A DNA stretch of 64,000 nt from Octopus vulgaris (Eukaryota): contig OX597815.1 of the NCBI GenBank assembly GCA_951406725.2, forward strand, positions 110,732,001 to 110,796,000, written 5' to 3'. A model generated the notes under the pieces. That model was not told the origin of the DNA. It did no database searches and saw only the letters and a list, made by a program, of their open reading frames with translations. Position numbers and translations under genes: made by a program. How positions within the stretch are numbered: position 1 is the stretch's first letter; each line of letters opens with the position of its first letter. Of this stretch, positions 39,601 through 54,600 are shown in pieces.

Positions 39601-42600
39601 TGATAGATGTAAATGCAGGAAATGTCTTTGGATTCCTGTCTTCACTGAAGATTCTAAAATGGCCTTGTACTCTGAAAATTCAATACACTGCTTCAGTCCA
39701 TTAGCAAGCAGTTGACATATGATGTATGTTGTTCCACAGGCATGGATGTGCAAGATATATCAACATCTTTTAGATGAGGTGGGGTATATCATCAGTGATG
39801 TTTCAGGTCTTTCAACATCAACCTTGCTCAGGTGATGCAGTCAGGGTTGATCAGATCTCAAATTGTGTCTCAGTAGTAATATTCCATGGATCAGCCCCCT
39901 TAATCTGAAATCACCTGATAATATTCTCTGCAGCTTCACTTGTAGACTGAATGGTTCTCTTCCTTGCCATCTCTGTAAAACTCAACTGGTTGAAAACTTT
40001 GCTGAGTGAGTGTCCCACAGAGCCCCTAAAACCCATTGCTACAGGCTCATTTATTTTCCATCCTATTTGCTGCTGGCACTTCACTTTTCTTGATGTTTTG
40101 TACATTTGCTATTACTCAGATATGGTCTGTTGTTCTGTTGCCCCAGAGGTGATGATCATGTATGGCTAGAGCATTGTTGGTTCTATGTATTATGGAAACT
40201 TCAGCTGCCTGTCTCTGTTGACTTGCAGCTACCAGTCAGTAGTTGTGCAGAGAAGGCTTGCTTTTCATTTTGGCTGTGGATGCAGTTCTGCTCTAGCTTA
40301 GCAAAACTTCATTTGGGATGTAATGGCATTTACTTGCAAGAATATTCTGCATTATGTATTTTTGCTGCCTCTGGTTAGTTCAAACCCAATGAAGAGTCAA
40401 TGGTGACCTGATTAACAAAATTACCTTCATAAAAAAAATCTGCAAATTCTAGCTACACCCTTTCATTATGTGTCCTTTTCTTCAAATTTTGGCTCTAAAG
40501 GTAGATAGATAGATGCTAACAATCTTGACTAAGACTGAACTGTTTACACACAATACAAATTCCTAAAAGCTGTTCTACATTTCTCTTTCTAAATCTTACA
40601 CCAAATATTAGCAAGTCTAATGCTGATTAAAAGTTAATAGCATTTATTTAAGCTGACACTCAAACAATTTAACTAAAAGTTTTTGACAATGATTATGGAA
40701 AGTAGAATGCTCTATAAAGTAAGTGTGATGTATTATGGAAGAACTGTAGAGGACTTTCTCTTTCAACCTTCCAGAGTTGATGAAATATGAGGTCAATTTA
40801 ACTGATTTTGCCACTGCAAATTTGTGGTCTTGTGCCGATATAAGAAATTACTGCTGCCACCACCAAAGTATTGCTGAGTTTTCAGATCCACTTCCACTGT
40901 TTGTGGCAGTAATGTATTTTGCTTGGTCAGTTATATGGATATCTTTTCTAACCTGCCTCTCATTGCATGTAAGCATTTTTCAATAGAAATACCAATAATA
41001 CATTGTAAGGCTATGTGTTCAAGCACCCTACTCAAATGATATAAGAAGGGAGCATCTTAATGTTTGCTTATCCTACTGAAAATAGCAACCAAATTTTCCT
41101 TAACAACAACAAAATTATGGTATAAAGAAGTCCTAGATACTTTTTAAAGACTGGGTGGTGACTATTAGAATATTTTAGATCATATATCTGCTTGATCGGT
41201 TTTAGCAGGAGATTAAACAACAATAACAAGTGACAATGAAGAGTAAGAAAAAATATATCACTAACTTTTTGCATATAATAATTGTAGGGCTTCTGCTTGA
41301 GAATGAACACTTTTAGCTGATTCTTGAAGAATACTGCTGGCAATTTGTAAATAAATCACCTGAAAAGAGGGAACCAAACATATTTGTTAAAAATTACAGC
41401 ATAAAAAAACAACAATAACAACAATGCTGCCACCACCAATATGTTTGGCATCCGGTTTAACCTTTTAGCATTCAAATTACTCTGTTAAATTGTAAAGCTT
41501 ATTTATTTATACTGTTTTGAATTAATCATGTATTCTCATAGCTTTGAAATTTCAATGTTATTATTGCCTTTTTTTAGAATGACATTGTAGGATAGGTGTG
41601 AGAGGCTAGGACTGGCCAGTTTGAAGATAAAACAGGAGGCATATTTGGGCAGGATATGGCCAGTTTAAATGACAAAGGGTTAAAAGAATATAGATCAAAA
41701 CTATGTAAACACAAGCATAGCTACACAGCCAAGAAGTCCACTTTGCAGGTACATGGGTTTCGAATGACTGCAAGGCACTTTGGGCAAGTGTCATCTACTA
41801 TAGCACCAGGCTGATGACTGTCTTATGATTGAATTTGCTAGTTGGAAACTATAGGAAACCCACAGTGTATGTATACTGTAAATCCTCGAGTATAGTCCGC
41901 CCTTGAGTATAATACGCAAGGGATTTTTTGGGGGTTGTACCTCTGAAAAACCTAAACCTTGTGTATAATATGCACCCTTTCTCTAACTTGAGTCATGCGT
42001 AATTAAGCCAGCAGCACCTAGTCAAACAAACACTTCCGCGCATGCGTAATACAATAATGGTGATGTTCTTAACTGTTATATAGGAATGTAAATATGTTCA
42101 CAAATTGTTTTTGTTACATGTTATTCTGTGTTCTGAATACTTTTATTTTAATAAATGTTGCTTACTGCAAGTTATGGATGATTCTTTTATGACTTCATTG
42201 CTTTCAGGCTTAGCTTAAGGTATTTTCGCGCCCAACATCACAAAATGCGTCTGAATAAACATTGCCGGACAGCAAATTGAGACTCGAACATTGCTTAGAA
42301 AATATTTTTCATTTTTAACCTCAGATATAGTACACACTAGTGATTTTGACCTTTAAATTTTGGGAAAAAAATGTGGATTATACTCGAGGATTTACGGTAT
42401 ACATGTGTACAAGAAAGTTGGCATCTTATAGTTTTAATACCTGAGCAAAATGGTAATATGATTTTACATTCCTTATTGACATTATGACTGGCTGCTCAGC
42501 ACTTTTGAAGACCACACCCTGGAATGTGTATGTGTGTGTGATGATGGGCTTCTTTATTATTTCTATAAACTTAATTTTAATCATAAGTTATTGGTCAATC

Positions 42601-45600
42601 CAAGGCTACAACAGAAGATACGTGCCCAAGATGCTGCACAGTAGGACACAATTTGGAATCATATGATTGTAGAGCAAACTTCTTAACCACATAGTTGTCT
42701 TTGAACCCAATTTGTGCTCTTCAAGAGAGAAAACAAAATTGTCACTTACACTAATATCGGCTGATTTGAGAGATTGATTGATAGTCTCTTGAATTTTCTT
42801 TGGTTCAAATTCAACTGCAGGAAGATAATTTTCAGAGGTTTCCAAAACTGCTTCAGGTAGATCTTTATAATTCTTCAACTTTATAACATCTCGTCTGATT
42901 GAAAAATAAATAAGTGAATAAATAAAATAATTCTATAATATAACTTATTATATACAACATACAGTAAACAAACTTTTGTTTGCTTTTGGAAGCGTCAAAT
43001 GAACTTGTCTGCTGACAACTTTTCTGCCTTATAGGGGTAAAATATGCAATCTTTCTGCTGTGTCCACAGCTATACATGCATTCAAAATATTACTTTCTTG
43101 TCTGTTAATACATAACTTATGAAGTAATATTGACCTTGTTTAGTACCAGGTCAGGTGTAAATGAGCAGATCTATGATCAAAAGGTATGCCAGCTACGACT
43201 ATACTATCATTTTTTTATAGCTAGATTTGCTGTGCCTAATGTGAGCTACCTTTTCTAAAATGGCAGTGATATAAGTTGAGGGATATTTGGCTGTTATTTC
43301 TAACAGGTTGAATGAATGTAGAGACTCTGTCACTGGCTCATATTGATAATGATTTCTTACAGTCTGATGGCTATAGTGAAAGATAGGTGATTATACAGGG
43401 TGCAGTGAATAAATTGTCATCTAAATTATGCAGAAATAAAAATAACACTGACATCTCATTTTAACAAATATATTTACCACAATTACATAAATATATCTTG
43501 AAATACTAAAGAGTAAATCTATTCAATAAAATTGTCACTGCCTTCAACCACAGCTTGCAGACTTTAGAATATCCTGCTACTCTTCTGGATGGTCTCCTTG
43601 TTTAAGTTGGTGAATGCTGCCATAAACCTTGCCTTCAGTTCATCTTTGGTGTTACAAAATATTGTGTTGGTCTCTCTCTCAACTGTGCCCCACACATAAT
43701 CAAGGGGGTTGCAGTCTGGGAAGTTGGGTGGTCAGACATTAGGGGTGATGTTGTCACAGAAATTGTCTGACAGCCATGACTGGGTTCTCCTGATGGTGTG
43801 GCATGGTGCAGAGTCCTGTTGTTAGACATAGGGTCTTCCAGTAGCCACCCTCTTGACTCAGGGCAGCACTACCTCCTCCAGGTACTTGATGTAGGCTGCT
43901 ATGCTGAGTCTGAGGCCGTGTGGGAAGATGAATAGAGGCATAACCACACCTTCACTAGTGATTACTTGAAACACCAAGATGTTGACTAGATGTTTGATTT
44001 TTCTCATACCTCAGACTGACACCCAAACACTCTGGAATGTTCATACTGGAGCTTCTGGTGCAAATGCCAAGCAGTACAGCATGTTGTTTCCAAATTTCTG
44101 GAAGAGTGAATTGTATCATGGTGCTGTTTTTCTCACAGACAGTGTCCAACTGACCCTACTATACTGTGTAATCAACAAAATAAAAAACAAAGAATGTGCA
44201 TGTGCAGAATTGAAAATATAAAATGGCAACAATTCACACACTGTATAAATAGTTATTACTTATATTGACCTTGAAAGGGTCATTTCAGGGAGGATATCAT
44301 TCAATATGTAGACAGACAGAACTAATTAATGTAATGTAATTACCTTTAATTAAAAGCACTGATATGTCTGTACAGGTATGAAATTTGCTTCATAACATTG
44401 TGGTTTCAGGCTCAGTCCTGCAGAGTGTCACCTCAGGTACCTGGCCCGAATGCTAGCAATAAAGTGGACTGCATTAAAAACACCCAAGAGCTAGGTGTTG
44501 TAGTTAAACCAGCTAATACTTGAATATAAAAGCAACAACCAAAGTATTGTAAAACATTTAAGAACCAAAGAAGGTTAAATTCTTTTCTTCTCTTCCACCT
44601 CATGGCAAGCAGCAAACATTTTATTTTACAAATAATTTGGCCCATTAATAATCTCCTCGTACTCTAGTTCTCTAGTTTTTATTTTTGTAGTCTTTGTAAA
44701 ACCTTTATGTTAGCACTCCTACTATTTCTGATAGTCTGTCATTTTATAAACCAACAAGTCTTCAATAAACTCATCATCATCAGCATCATCATTTAGCGTC
44801 CGTTCTCCATGCTAGCATGGGTTGGACGGTTCAACTGGGGTCTGTGAAGCTGGAAGGCTTCATCAGGCCCAGTCAGATCTGGCAGTGTTTCTACGGCTGG
44901 ATGCCCTTCCTAACGCCAACCACTCCGTGAGTGTAGTGAGTGCTTTTTACGTGCCACCTGCACAGGTGCCAGACAGAGCTGGCAAACGGCCATGAACGGA
45001 TGGTGCTTTTACATGTCACCGGCACGGGGCCAGGCGAGGCTGGCAACGGACACGAACGGATGGTGCTTTTACGTGCCACCAACACGGGGGCCAGACAGAG
45101 CTGGCAAACGGCCACGAAACGGATGGTGCTTTTACGTGTCACCGGCACGGGGGCCAGGCAAGGCTGGCAACGGGAACGAACGGATGGTGCTTTTACATGC
45201 CACCGACACGGGGGCCAGACAGGGCTGGCAAACGGCCACGAACGGATGGTGCTTTTACGTGTCACCGGCACGGGGGCCAGGCGAGGCTGGCAACGGACAC
45301 GAACGGATGGTGCTTTTACATGTCACCGACATGGGGGCCAGACAGGGCTGGCAAACGGACACGAACGGATGGTGCTTTTACATGTCACCGAAATGGGGGC
45401 CAGACAGGGCTGGCAAACGGCCATGAACGGATGGTGCTTTTACGTGTCACCGGCATGGGGGCCAGACAGAGCTGGCAAACGGCCACGAACGGATGGTGCT
45501 TTTACGTGTCACCGGCACGGGGGCCAGGCCAGGCTGGCAACGAACACGAACGGATGGTGCTTTTACGTGCCACCTACACGGGGGCCAGACAGGGCTGGCA

Positions 45601-48600
45601 AACGGCTACGAACGGATGGTACTTTTACGTGTCACCTGCACGTGGGCCCTGATGTTGATCGACCTCAATTTGGTTTGATCTTGATTTTGACTGTTCTCAC
45701 TGGTCTTGCCGGGTTTTCTCACGCACAGCATACCTCCAAAGGTCTCGGTCACTGGTCATTTCCTTGGTGAGACCTAAAGTTCGAAGGTCGTGCTTCACCG
45801 CCTCGACCCAGGTTTTCCTGGGTCTACCTCTTCCACAGGTCCCCTCAACTGCCAGGGTGTGGCACTCTCGCACACAACTATCTTCAGCCATTCTCATCAC
45901 ATGACCATACCAGCGCATACGTCTCTCTTGCACACAACAACTGATGCTTCTTAGGTTCAACTTTTCTCTCAAGGTACTTACACTCTGTCGATTATGAACA
46001 CTGACGTTACACATCCATCGGAGCATACTAGCTTCATTTATTGCGAGCTTACGCAAATCCTCAGCAGTCACAGCCCAAGTTTCACTACCATGTAGCATGG
46101 CTGTACGTACACATGCATCATACAGTCTGCCTTTTACTTTGAGCGAGAGGCCTTTTGTCACCAGCAGGGGTAAGAGCTCTCTAAACTTTGCCCAGGCTAT
46201 TCTTACTCTAGCAGTTATACTTTCAGCGCACCCGCCCCCGCTACTGACTTGGTCACCTAGGTAACGGAAACTATCAACTACTTCTAGCTTTTCTCCCTGG
46301 AAAGTGACGGAAGTTGGTCTCAGAGCATTTTCAGTGTTAATTGTTCCTGAGCATCTGCCACATACAAAAACCATCTTCCTAGTTAGCCTTCCTTTGACAT
46401 TGCTGCACCTCTTATGTGTCCATAGCTTACACTTGGTGGTGTTTGAAAAAGGATGGGATGGTTGCAACTGGAGTGCTTTTGATCAGACCATGGATCAAAC
46501 AACAGATCACCCTAAACCAGTGCTCTGAAACCTTTTTTCACTTGCAATAGATGTATATTCTTTTCAAAATTTGGTGGCACACCTTAACTAAAAATATAAT
46601 TAAGAGTATGGGGAAAAAATTATATTCAGGTTACACTGTGGCACACCTAGCATCGTCATGGGGCACATCAGTGTGCCATGGCATACCGGTTGCAGAGCAC
46701 TGCCCTAAACTATTAACATAATTTAATTCTGCATCCTTATATCATCATTTACATAATTCTGCATCATTAGCCAAGAAATGTTGAGTATTTTCAACCTGGA
46801 ACACAAAGATATAAACAGGTAAACCACTGAATTGATTATGGTAATGACTGGAGAATGTTAACCAATCAGTTATTACAAATCATTATTTTAATGTCCACTC
46901 TTCCATGCTCATCATCATCATCATCGTCATTTAACATCTGCTTTCCATGCTGGCATGGGTTGGACGGTTTGACTGAGGACTGGCGAGCCAGAAGGCTGCA
47001 CCAGGCTCCAATCTGATCTAGTAAAGTTTCTACAGCTGGATGCCCTTCCTAACGCCAACCACTCTAAGAGTGTAGTAGGTGCTATTACGTGCCACCAGCA
47101 CAAGGGCCAGTCAGGCAGTACTGGCAACAACCACATTCAAAAGGTATTTTCTTATGTGTCACCTGTACGGGAGCCAGTCCGGCGGCACTGGCAATGCTAC
47201 CAGCACATGTGCTAGTAATTCAACGCTGGCAACGATCACGCTTGAATGGTGCTTTTTACGAGCCACTGGCATGGAAGCCAGTTAGCAGCCCATGGTTGGA
47301 TCTCTTTTCCAATGCCAACACTCACCTGTCTCCAAGAAAGATAATATTTCCACAGGACCAGAGATTTTATTGAAGAATGGGAGTGAAGGACCCTACCTGT
47401 ATGAACCTATACATGTCTCTCTCTTTATATATATATAGACCCAAGAAGACCTTAGATGAGGTGGTGAAGCACAACCTTCAAATGTTGGGCCTCACAGAGG
47501 CAATGACAAGTGACCAAGACCATTGGAGATATGCTGTGCATGAGAAGACCCGGCAAACTAAGTGAGATCGTAGCCATGGCCGATGTCAGTGTCGCATAAC
47601 TGGCCTGTTCAAAAGTATCCTTCAATCATTGGGCAATAAGCTGTGCCTGAGAAGACCTGATGAGTGAAGTAAAATCGTTGTCATGGCCATGTGCTGCCTG
47701 ACTGGCTCTCGAGCTGGTGGTATGTAAAAAGCACCCACTACACTCTTGAATGGTTGGCGTTAGGAAAGGCATTCAGCTAAACCTTGCCAGAACAGATAGG
47801 AGCCTGGTGCAGTCTCCTGGCTTGCCAGTCCTCAGTCAAAATGTCAAATCCATGCCAGCATGGAAAGTGGACATTAAACGATGATGATGATGATAATGAT
47901 ATATATAAACAGAGAAGCTTCTTTCAGTTTCCTTTAACCAAATTCATTCACAATGCTTTGGTTGGCCCAGGGCTATAGTAGAAGACACTTGCACAAGGTG
48001 TCAAATGGTGGGATTGAACCCAGAACCATGTGGTTGGGGAGAAAATGTATTTCTTAAAAGTGTTAGTGATACAAGTAAAATAAAGATGTAAGTGTAAATA
48101 TTCCCAAAGTTGCGAGGGTCTTTTAATAGCCAGAAGCAGTACTGGGCTTCAATGTCAGAGTAGTAAGTAATTCATGACAATAAGTCGATCAAAGAACACC
48201 GCCTACATGCTACAACAATTAATTGTGAAAATAATCCTTGGAGACATTTAGTTGAATAACTAATTTTTGTTATTAAGTTGATTTTTATTTTAGCTAAGAC
48301 CGAAAAGGGTCTTAGACAAAATAAAGATGAAAAGTCTTAAGTATGGTGGGGTTTATATCAAAACTGGTGGAAGTGCAAGGTCAGTTGGTATTGAAAAACT
48401 TGGAAGGATGTAAAACAATCTTCTCCTGGACATAAATCCAGTCCATCATGAATAATATTGTGGTCTTGGGTTCAATGCACAAAGAAAAAAAACAAAAAAA
48501 CAACAACCATGTAGTAATAACTGAGATAGTTTTGATCATAGTCAAACTTGATGAAGGTTTACTTAGGAACTATACACCAACACAAACAATAAATATTATA

Positions 48601-51600
48601 ACTTACAGCTCAGCATCAGTAACCATCTTTCTGGTTTTGTGTTTCAGTTCATCCCAGCATCTTGATTCTTCCTCTATACTTAATAAGAAAAAAAAAAAAG
48701 GACCATGAATATCAACCACTGCTACTACACCATCATTATAGCCACCACTACCATTATGATCACCTTCCACTCCCCAAATTACCTCTAAACACACAGAGGT
48801 TGAAGATTACATGAACACTGAAAGAAAAACCTCTGACATGTTTTACCTTGTGTACTGCTAATAAGAGAAAAGTTTAACCCTTTTGTTACTAACTTGGCCA
48901 AAACCGGCTCTGGCTCTGTGGTAAAATGTCTTGTTTTCATAAGTTTTGAATTAAAATATAACACCAAGCCTTAGTCATAATTTATGTTCCTAACACTAGC
49001 TTAAAGATAACTAGGTTATTTTACTAAATTCTTTGTTATATTTAAAATAATTGAAAGAAACACAGAGCATCTCAAAATAAATACAGTAACGAAAGGGTTA
49101 AGGTAACTTATTTTAAACAATTTAGTCAGAGAGAGAAGGGCAGCACCCACAAAACTTTTTGATTTCTAGGGTCTGAGACAGGTGGGAAAAAAGAAAAAAA
49201 GTAATTCTCAAATTAGACACCTGGCTCTAATATTTGCAATGAAGCAGATTGCACTGAAGGCACCTAAGGACTATAATAATAAAGACATTTGCTCAAAGTG
49301 ACTTGCAGTGGCACTGAATCCAAAACTGTAAAGTAAACTTCTTAACTGGACAGTCATGCTTGCATACTTGTGTTGTTTCTGAGCAACAGAAGTGAAACCA
49401 CTTTATTGTAAATCAAAGCAAATTTGGTATTCAATAATAAATCATAAACGCTTGCAAAGGCTGTGTTAGCTATACTGTACTCATTAGAACACATTTTTAT
49501 ATGGTATACAGTGCTTGTGATACATTTTTGATCAGAAATGATAAGAAGTAAGAGATTAAGACAAAATAATTATACCGTTAGCATTATGTAAAAATACTGA
49601 ATTATTTGTTTGTCCAAATATGGTGAATATGCACAGACAATTTGCAATAAAAAGCTGTAGCTTTTATTTTTGCAAACTTTCCCTTTTTTTTTAACAGGCA
49701 CTGCAAATATATCATCTGTGGCCAAGCCCACTGACACATGCATTTCCTTCTCCTTTCATCTTTATACTTCAGTCCTGCTCAGGCCTTGCACCAACTGTTT
49801 TCCCAAATCCTTCCTCTTAAAACTCCAAAATTCTCTTCGCATGTATATTTTTCTTGCAGACACTGATGCTCAAGATGAACATCAATTGTATCAATCATGT
49901 GAAAGTCATGAGCCCTACCTTCTGACTAAGCCATAAAAATAATAAATAAAGAAAAGCGAATAACAAACGATGACAAAACAAAAGATAACACAACTTCTTT
50001 GACATCTTCATTTCTTGAAGAGTTTCTTCACAATGTAAGCTAGTATGTTTTTGCCATTAATCCCTACCAAAGGCAAAGTTAGAAATTTTATTAAATCTAA
50101 TATTACTAAACTTGTGAAATGTACGTTTTCTACAAAGCTACTTCAACAGGACAAGGCTCTATGGTTTGAATTTTTACAACTCAAAGAAGTAATATTGGTA
50201 TTCTTGAATATAAAATACTGTCAGCTGAGTAACTCTGCACTCTTACAATTAGTTGGTCATTTTTACTCTTTTTACTCTGTTACTTGTTTCAGTTGACTGT
50301 GGCCATACTGGAGCACCGCCTTTAGTCGAGCAAATGGACCCCAGGACTTATTCTTTGTAAGCCTAGTACTTATTCTATCGGTGTCTTTTGCCGAACTGCT
50401 AAGTTACGGGGATGTAAACACACAAGCATCGGTTGGGGGGACAAACACAGACACACAAACGTATACACATACACGTATATATACATATATATGACAGGCT
50501 TCTTTCAGTTTCTGTTTACCAAATCTACTCACAAGGCTTTGGTTGGCCCGAGGGTATAGTAGAAGACATTTGCCAAAGGTGCCACGCAGTGGGACTGAAC
50601 CCGGAACCATGTGGTTCGTAAGCAAGTTACTTACCACATAGCCACTCCTATGCTGTCATTTATTCTTTCTTGAAAACTAAACTCAAAAGTGCAATCATAA
50701 ATAAAAGAACATTGTTTAGTGTTGAACTCTTTCACTAGGATTTCTGTCTAGGCATCAATATTATAACAGACAATGTTGCAATCCAAGTATAGAAAAGCAA
50801 TATATTAATTGCATGATTGATTGAACTATTCCAAATAAGGTAAAGTTTCTATGCTGCTACTCCAACATATTTTGCTTGCACTGTAACAAAAATCTATGAA
50901 AATAGGAAGTTGAGCTCCTAAAATGGCATATATAATTGTTGGTGGGGTCCAGGTCTCTAATAAACATTACTTTGATTATATTCACTGATTTTTTATATCT
51001 ACTTTTATGTCTGTAGTCAATGAAGTGCCAAGTAATTATCACTAAAAAATTGAAATTGTATAGTCACAGCAAAAAATTTATTTGCTAAACTTTTGCTGAC
51101 AATGTATCCAACTTATTGCAAATATATACGCATTACAGAATACAGTTATGAAGAGTCAAGGAGTATTTTGTCTGAAGAGTGAGAATTTAGAATCAGTTTC
51201 TACAACCTTGTCTTAGACTTAGCACTTAATTAAGGAGTTTTGCACTGGTAACCATGAGGGGGGTAAATTTCTTTGATTTTCCAGAAAATAATAACAGAAA
51301 TATTAAATTTCTAAATATCTCATAGAGATATGTGCGGTGGTGGAGCGATAAAGTGGTTGTATACTGTCAACTCAACGTGACAGTCCCGTAATAGCAGAAA
51401 GCATTGTAACAAATCAGGTCACTTACACAGTAATACAGGACTTGTATTGGTTATTTGTAGAATCAATTTGCTTACTTAAGGGATTCAATGAACAGCTGAA
51501 ATAAATTAATAAACATTTTGGTTAGACTAAGAGACACACTGAAATGTAATAAAGATGTTCACTGGAAGCAGACAAGATAAAATGAATAAATTAATATATT

Positions 51601-54600
51601 TTCTTTTATAGCATTTTTGTTCTCCTACAAAGCTGTCACTGATTTACTTGTAAAGAGACAGAAAAAATAGATCTTAAATCGCAAAGGCCAGAAAAGAAAG
51701 AATCATACCGCTCCTTGTGATAAAGGTTGTGGAAGACATTTTCTTCAGTCATTGCATTGATCTTCTTAAGAAGAGCAGCTTCAACTAAAAATGTGAAAAG
51801 TAAAACGAAATAGGATTAAATGAAGACTAACAAGGGCTGGTAGGCATGCAATAACAGATTTACATAATGAAGCAAAAAAAGTAAGTACGTTTTGTTTCTG
51901 TACGGTGTGTGTGAGTATATAAAAAATACATATTAGGTACAAGACATCACCAACGAGCAAAAAACAAGTAAACACACGAGATAAATACAGGACAAAATAC
52001 CAAACAATACACAATAAGAACAGGACATCAATGAGTGAAAAATACGTAAACACATAACAAGAGACAAGTACGGAACAAAATATCAAAAGAAGTCTAACTC
52101 CTCCTCAGTTGTTGACTGTTTATCACTTCCTATTTTGAGCTCTTAACGATAAGATAGGAAAACTTCATAAGACAGCAGCATCCAGAAATTGTAAAAATAT
52201 AAAATTTGTGGAGAGTTAGGGCTTTGAATGAACAAACAGCAAGAGTGGATGTACAGAGTAAACAATCAACAAAGACAAACATTAAGGGCTGTTAGGCCAA
52301 AGTACATTGTAATGGGTAATACCTGGGAGAAATTTTGAAAGGATATAGAATAAATAAAGAGAAGAAAATAGTAGAAGAGAAAAAATGTCGGGAGGCAAGA
52401 GAAATGATGTCCAGCTAAGTGGACGCCGTGTACAGAAAAGACAGGTGAGAGAAATGGCCTGTAATCATGTGTGAGCAAACAGGCAAAGGGGAAGGGGTCA
52501 AGAGAGAGTGATGGAAAGAAACAAAAGGAGTGAGGAGAAGGAAGAAGGAACGAAAGATAGACAGGGGACAGCAAAGAACGAGGGTGAGAAACGGAAAATA
52601 AAGAGGGTTATAGAGGGATAGAGCAAAAGAAAGAAAACATAGCGTGGAGGCGCAGAAATTATAAATAAATGTAAGAACTTACTGCGGACAAGGCTGTGTG
52701 GCATTCGATTATGAATCAATAAGAAATACACAATAAGAACAGGACATCACCAACGAGTGAAAAATATGTAAACACATAACAAGAGACATGTACGGAACAA
52801 AATATCAAAAGAAGTCTAACTCCCCCTCAGTTGCTGACTGTTTATTACTTCCTATTTTGAGTAATCTGTTTATGCATTTTTCACTCATTGTTGATGTCTA
52901 TTTATTGTGTATTTTTTGTTCTTTTGTCTTATGCTTGTTTCTCATGTGTTTGCGTGTTTTACACTCGATGATGATGTCCTGTAGTTAATGTGTATTTTTT
53001 ATTTATCTATAACCGAATACCACACAGCCTTGTCCACAGTAAGTTCTCACATTTATATATATATCATCATCATCATCATGATCGTTTAACGTCCGCTTTC
53101 CATGCTAGCATGGGTTGGACGATTTTGACTGAGGGCTGGCGAACCAGATGGCTGCACCAGGCATGGCTTGAGAAGGAACAAACAACAACAACACTGTTTG
53201 TACAATGGTAATGTTTGTTTACAATTAACATACAGAATCAAGATAAGGAAGCACAAGCATACATAAATACAATGAGCTTCTTTCAGTTTCCTTTTGATAA
53301 ATCCACTCACAAGGCTGTAGTCAAACTGGGGCTATAGTAAAAACACCTGTCCATGATGTCATGCAGTAGGACTGAACATGAAACTATGTGACAGCAAAAC
53401 TTCTTAGCCATGTAGCCATGCCTGCATCTCAGTCTCTCTCTCTGGCTTTGTGTGGTGTGGTGGTGCGTGTGCATGTGTATCTATCTATTTATCTATCTAT
53501 CAATATACATATATATGGAGAGAAAGAGAAAGAGAGAGCAAGCCATTTATAGATATGTGTGAATATACGTGTGTGTGTATGTATGTATATATATGTATAT
53601 ATATATATATATATAATCACATATATGTGTCTATTTATACAGTATACATTTCCAGATATATTTAACAATACAGTACTTAATGGACAGTACCAAATAAAAA
53701 TATTTAAAAAGAAAAGGAACACAGAGCTGTAAGCTATAATATATACAGAAAAATAGTATTCATTGACAGCTATCAGGAACCTCATAATAGATATAACAGT
53801 GAAGGAAAAATAATGTTATGGCTACATCTATAAAAATAACATGGTATGTATATAGTGGTGGGGTAACAAACTGATCGAATGAATATAACATTAGTTGGTG
53901 GATAATTTAGAATGCTGCATTTTGTGTCCCATTATAAGAATGTTTTACCTTTAGGCAAAACATTAAACTACTGCAGTTTCAGTGTACTTAACTGAATTCA
54001 GAATCAAAGAAGTTACATTTTGAACATAAACATTGTATTGAATGCTGTAAAAATATTTAGTGTGGTGTATACTGTTTCTGCATAAAACTGACCACTATAT
54101 ATTAAGTAGATCATATAATACAGTTACAATACCAGGTTTTTATTTTTTTTTTAAGCGACAGTAGGAAAATGAGTTGTCATTATCAGTAGAAACAGAAAAA
54201 ATAAATGTATAACAAAAAAAAAAACAATAATAATAAACAATAACTAACAACAATTGCTAAAAGAAGGAGCTGGTATGTGCTAACCACGACCAAGGCAGCT
54301 TGTTAATCGGCTTGCTAGAAACAGCAAATTATACCTGGCTATCATAAATCATCATTATCATTTAACATTCTCTAATCCAAGCTTGTATGGGTCAGATGGA
54401 ATTCGTTGCAGCTGATTTTCTATGGCCACATGAGGGTTGGCAACAGTAAAGTCCTGTTACCAACTCACCTATTTCAAGGCAAGGTAATATTTCCCATGGT
54501 CAAACACATTTTTCACTGAAGACTGGAAATGAACAGCAGGCCTGTTTACAACCAGCACATGATCTGAAGACTTAGGGGTAAATACATACATCCAACATTG

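Noticed and set aside
44891-45770. Repetitive ORFs and CRISPR-like periodicity
   Set aside because: Whole units repeat with no unique spacers, no cas genes, eukaryotic context; it is the RTE 3'UTR array
49690-49935. Coding-looking intronic stretch (minus: ..LQEKYTCEENFGVLRGRIWENSWCKA*)
   Set aside because: Stops nearby, no usable splice sites, no recognisable family
50971-51010. Possible extra DSN1 exon (HKSRYKKSVNIIK) with AG/GT ends
   Set aside because: Phase 2-0 breaks the frame between exons 5 and 6, which already join cleanly
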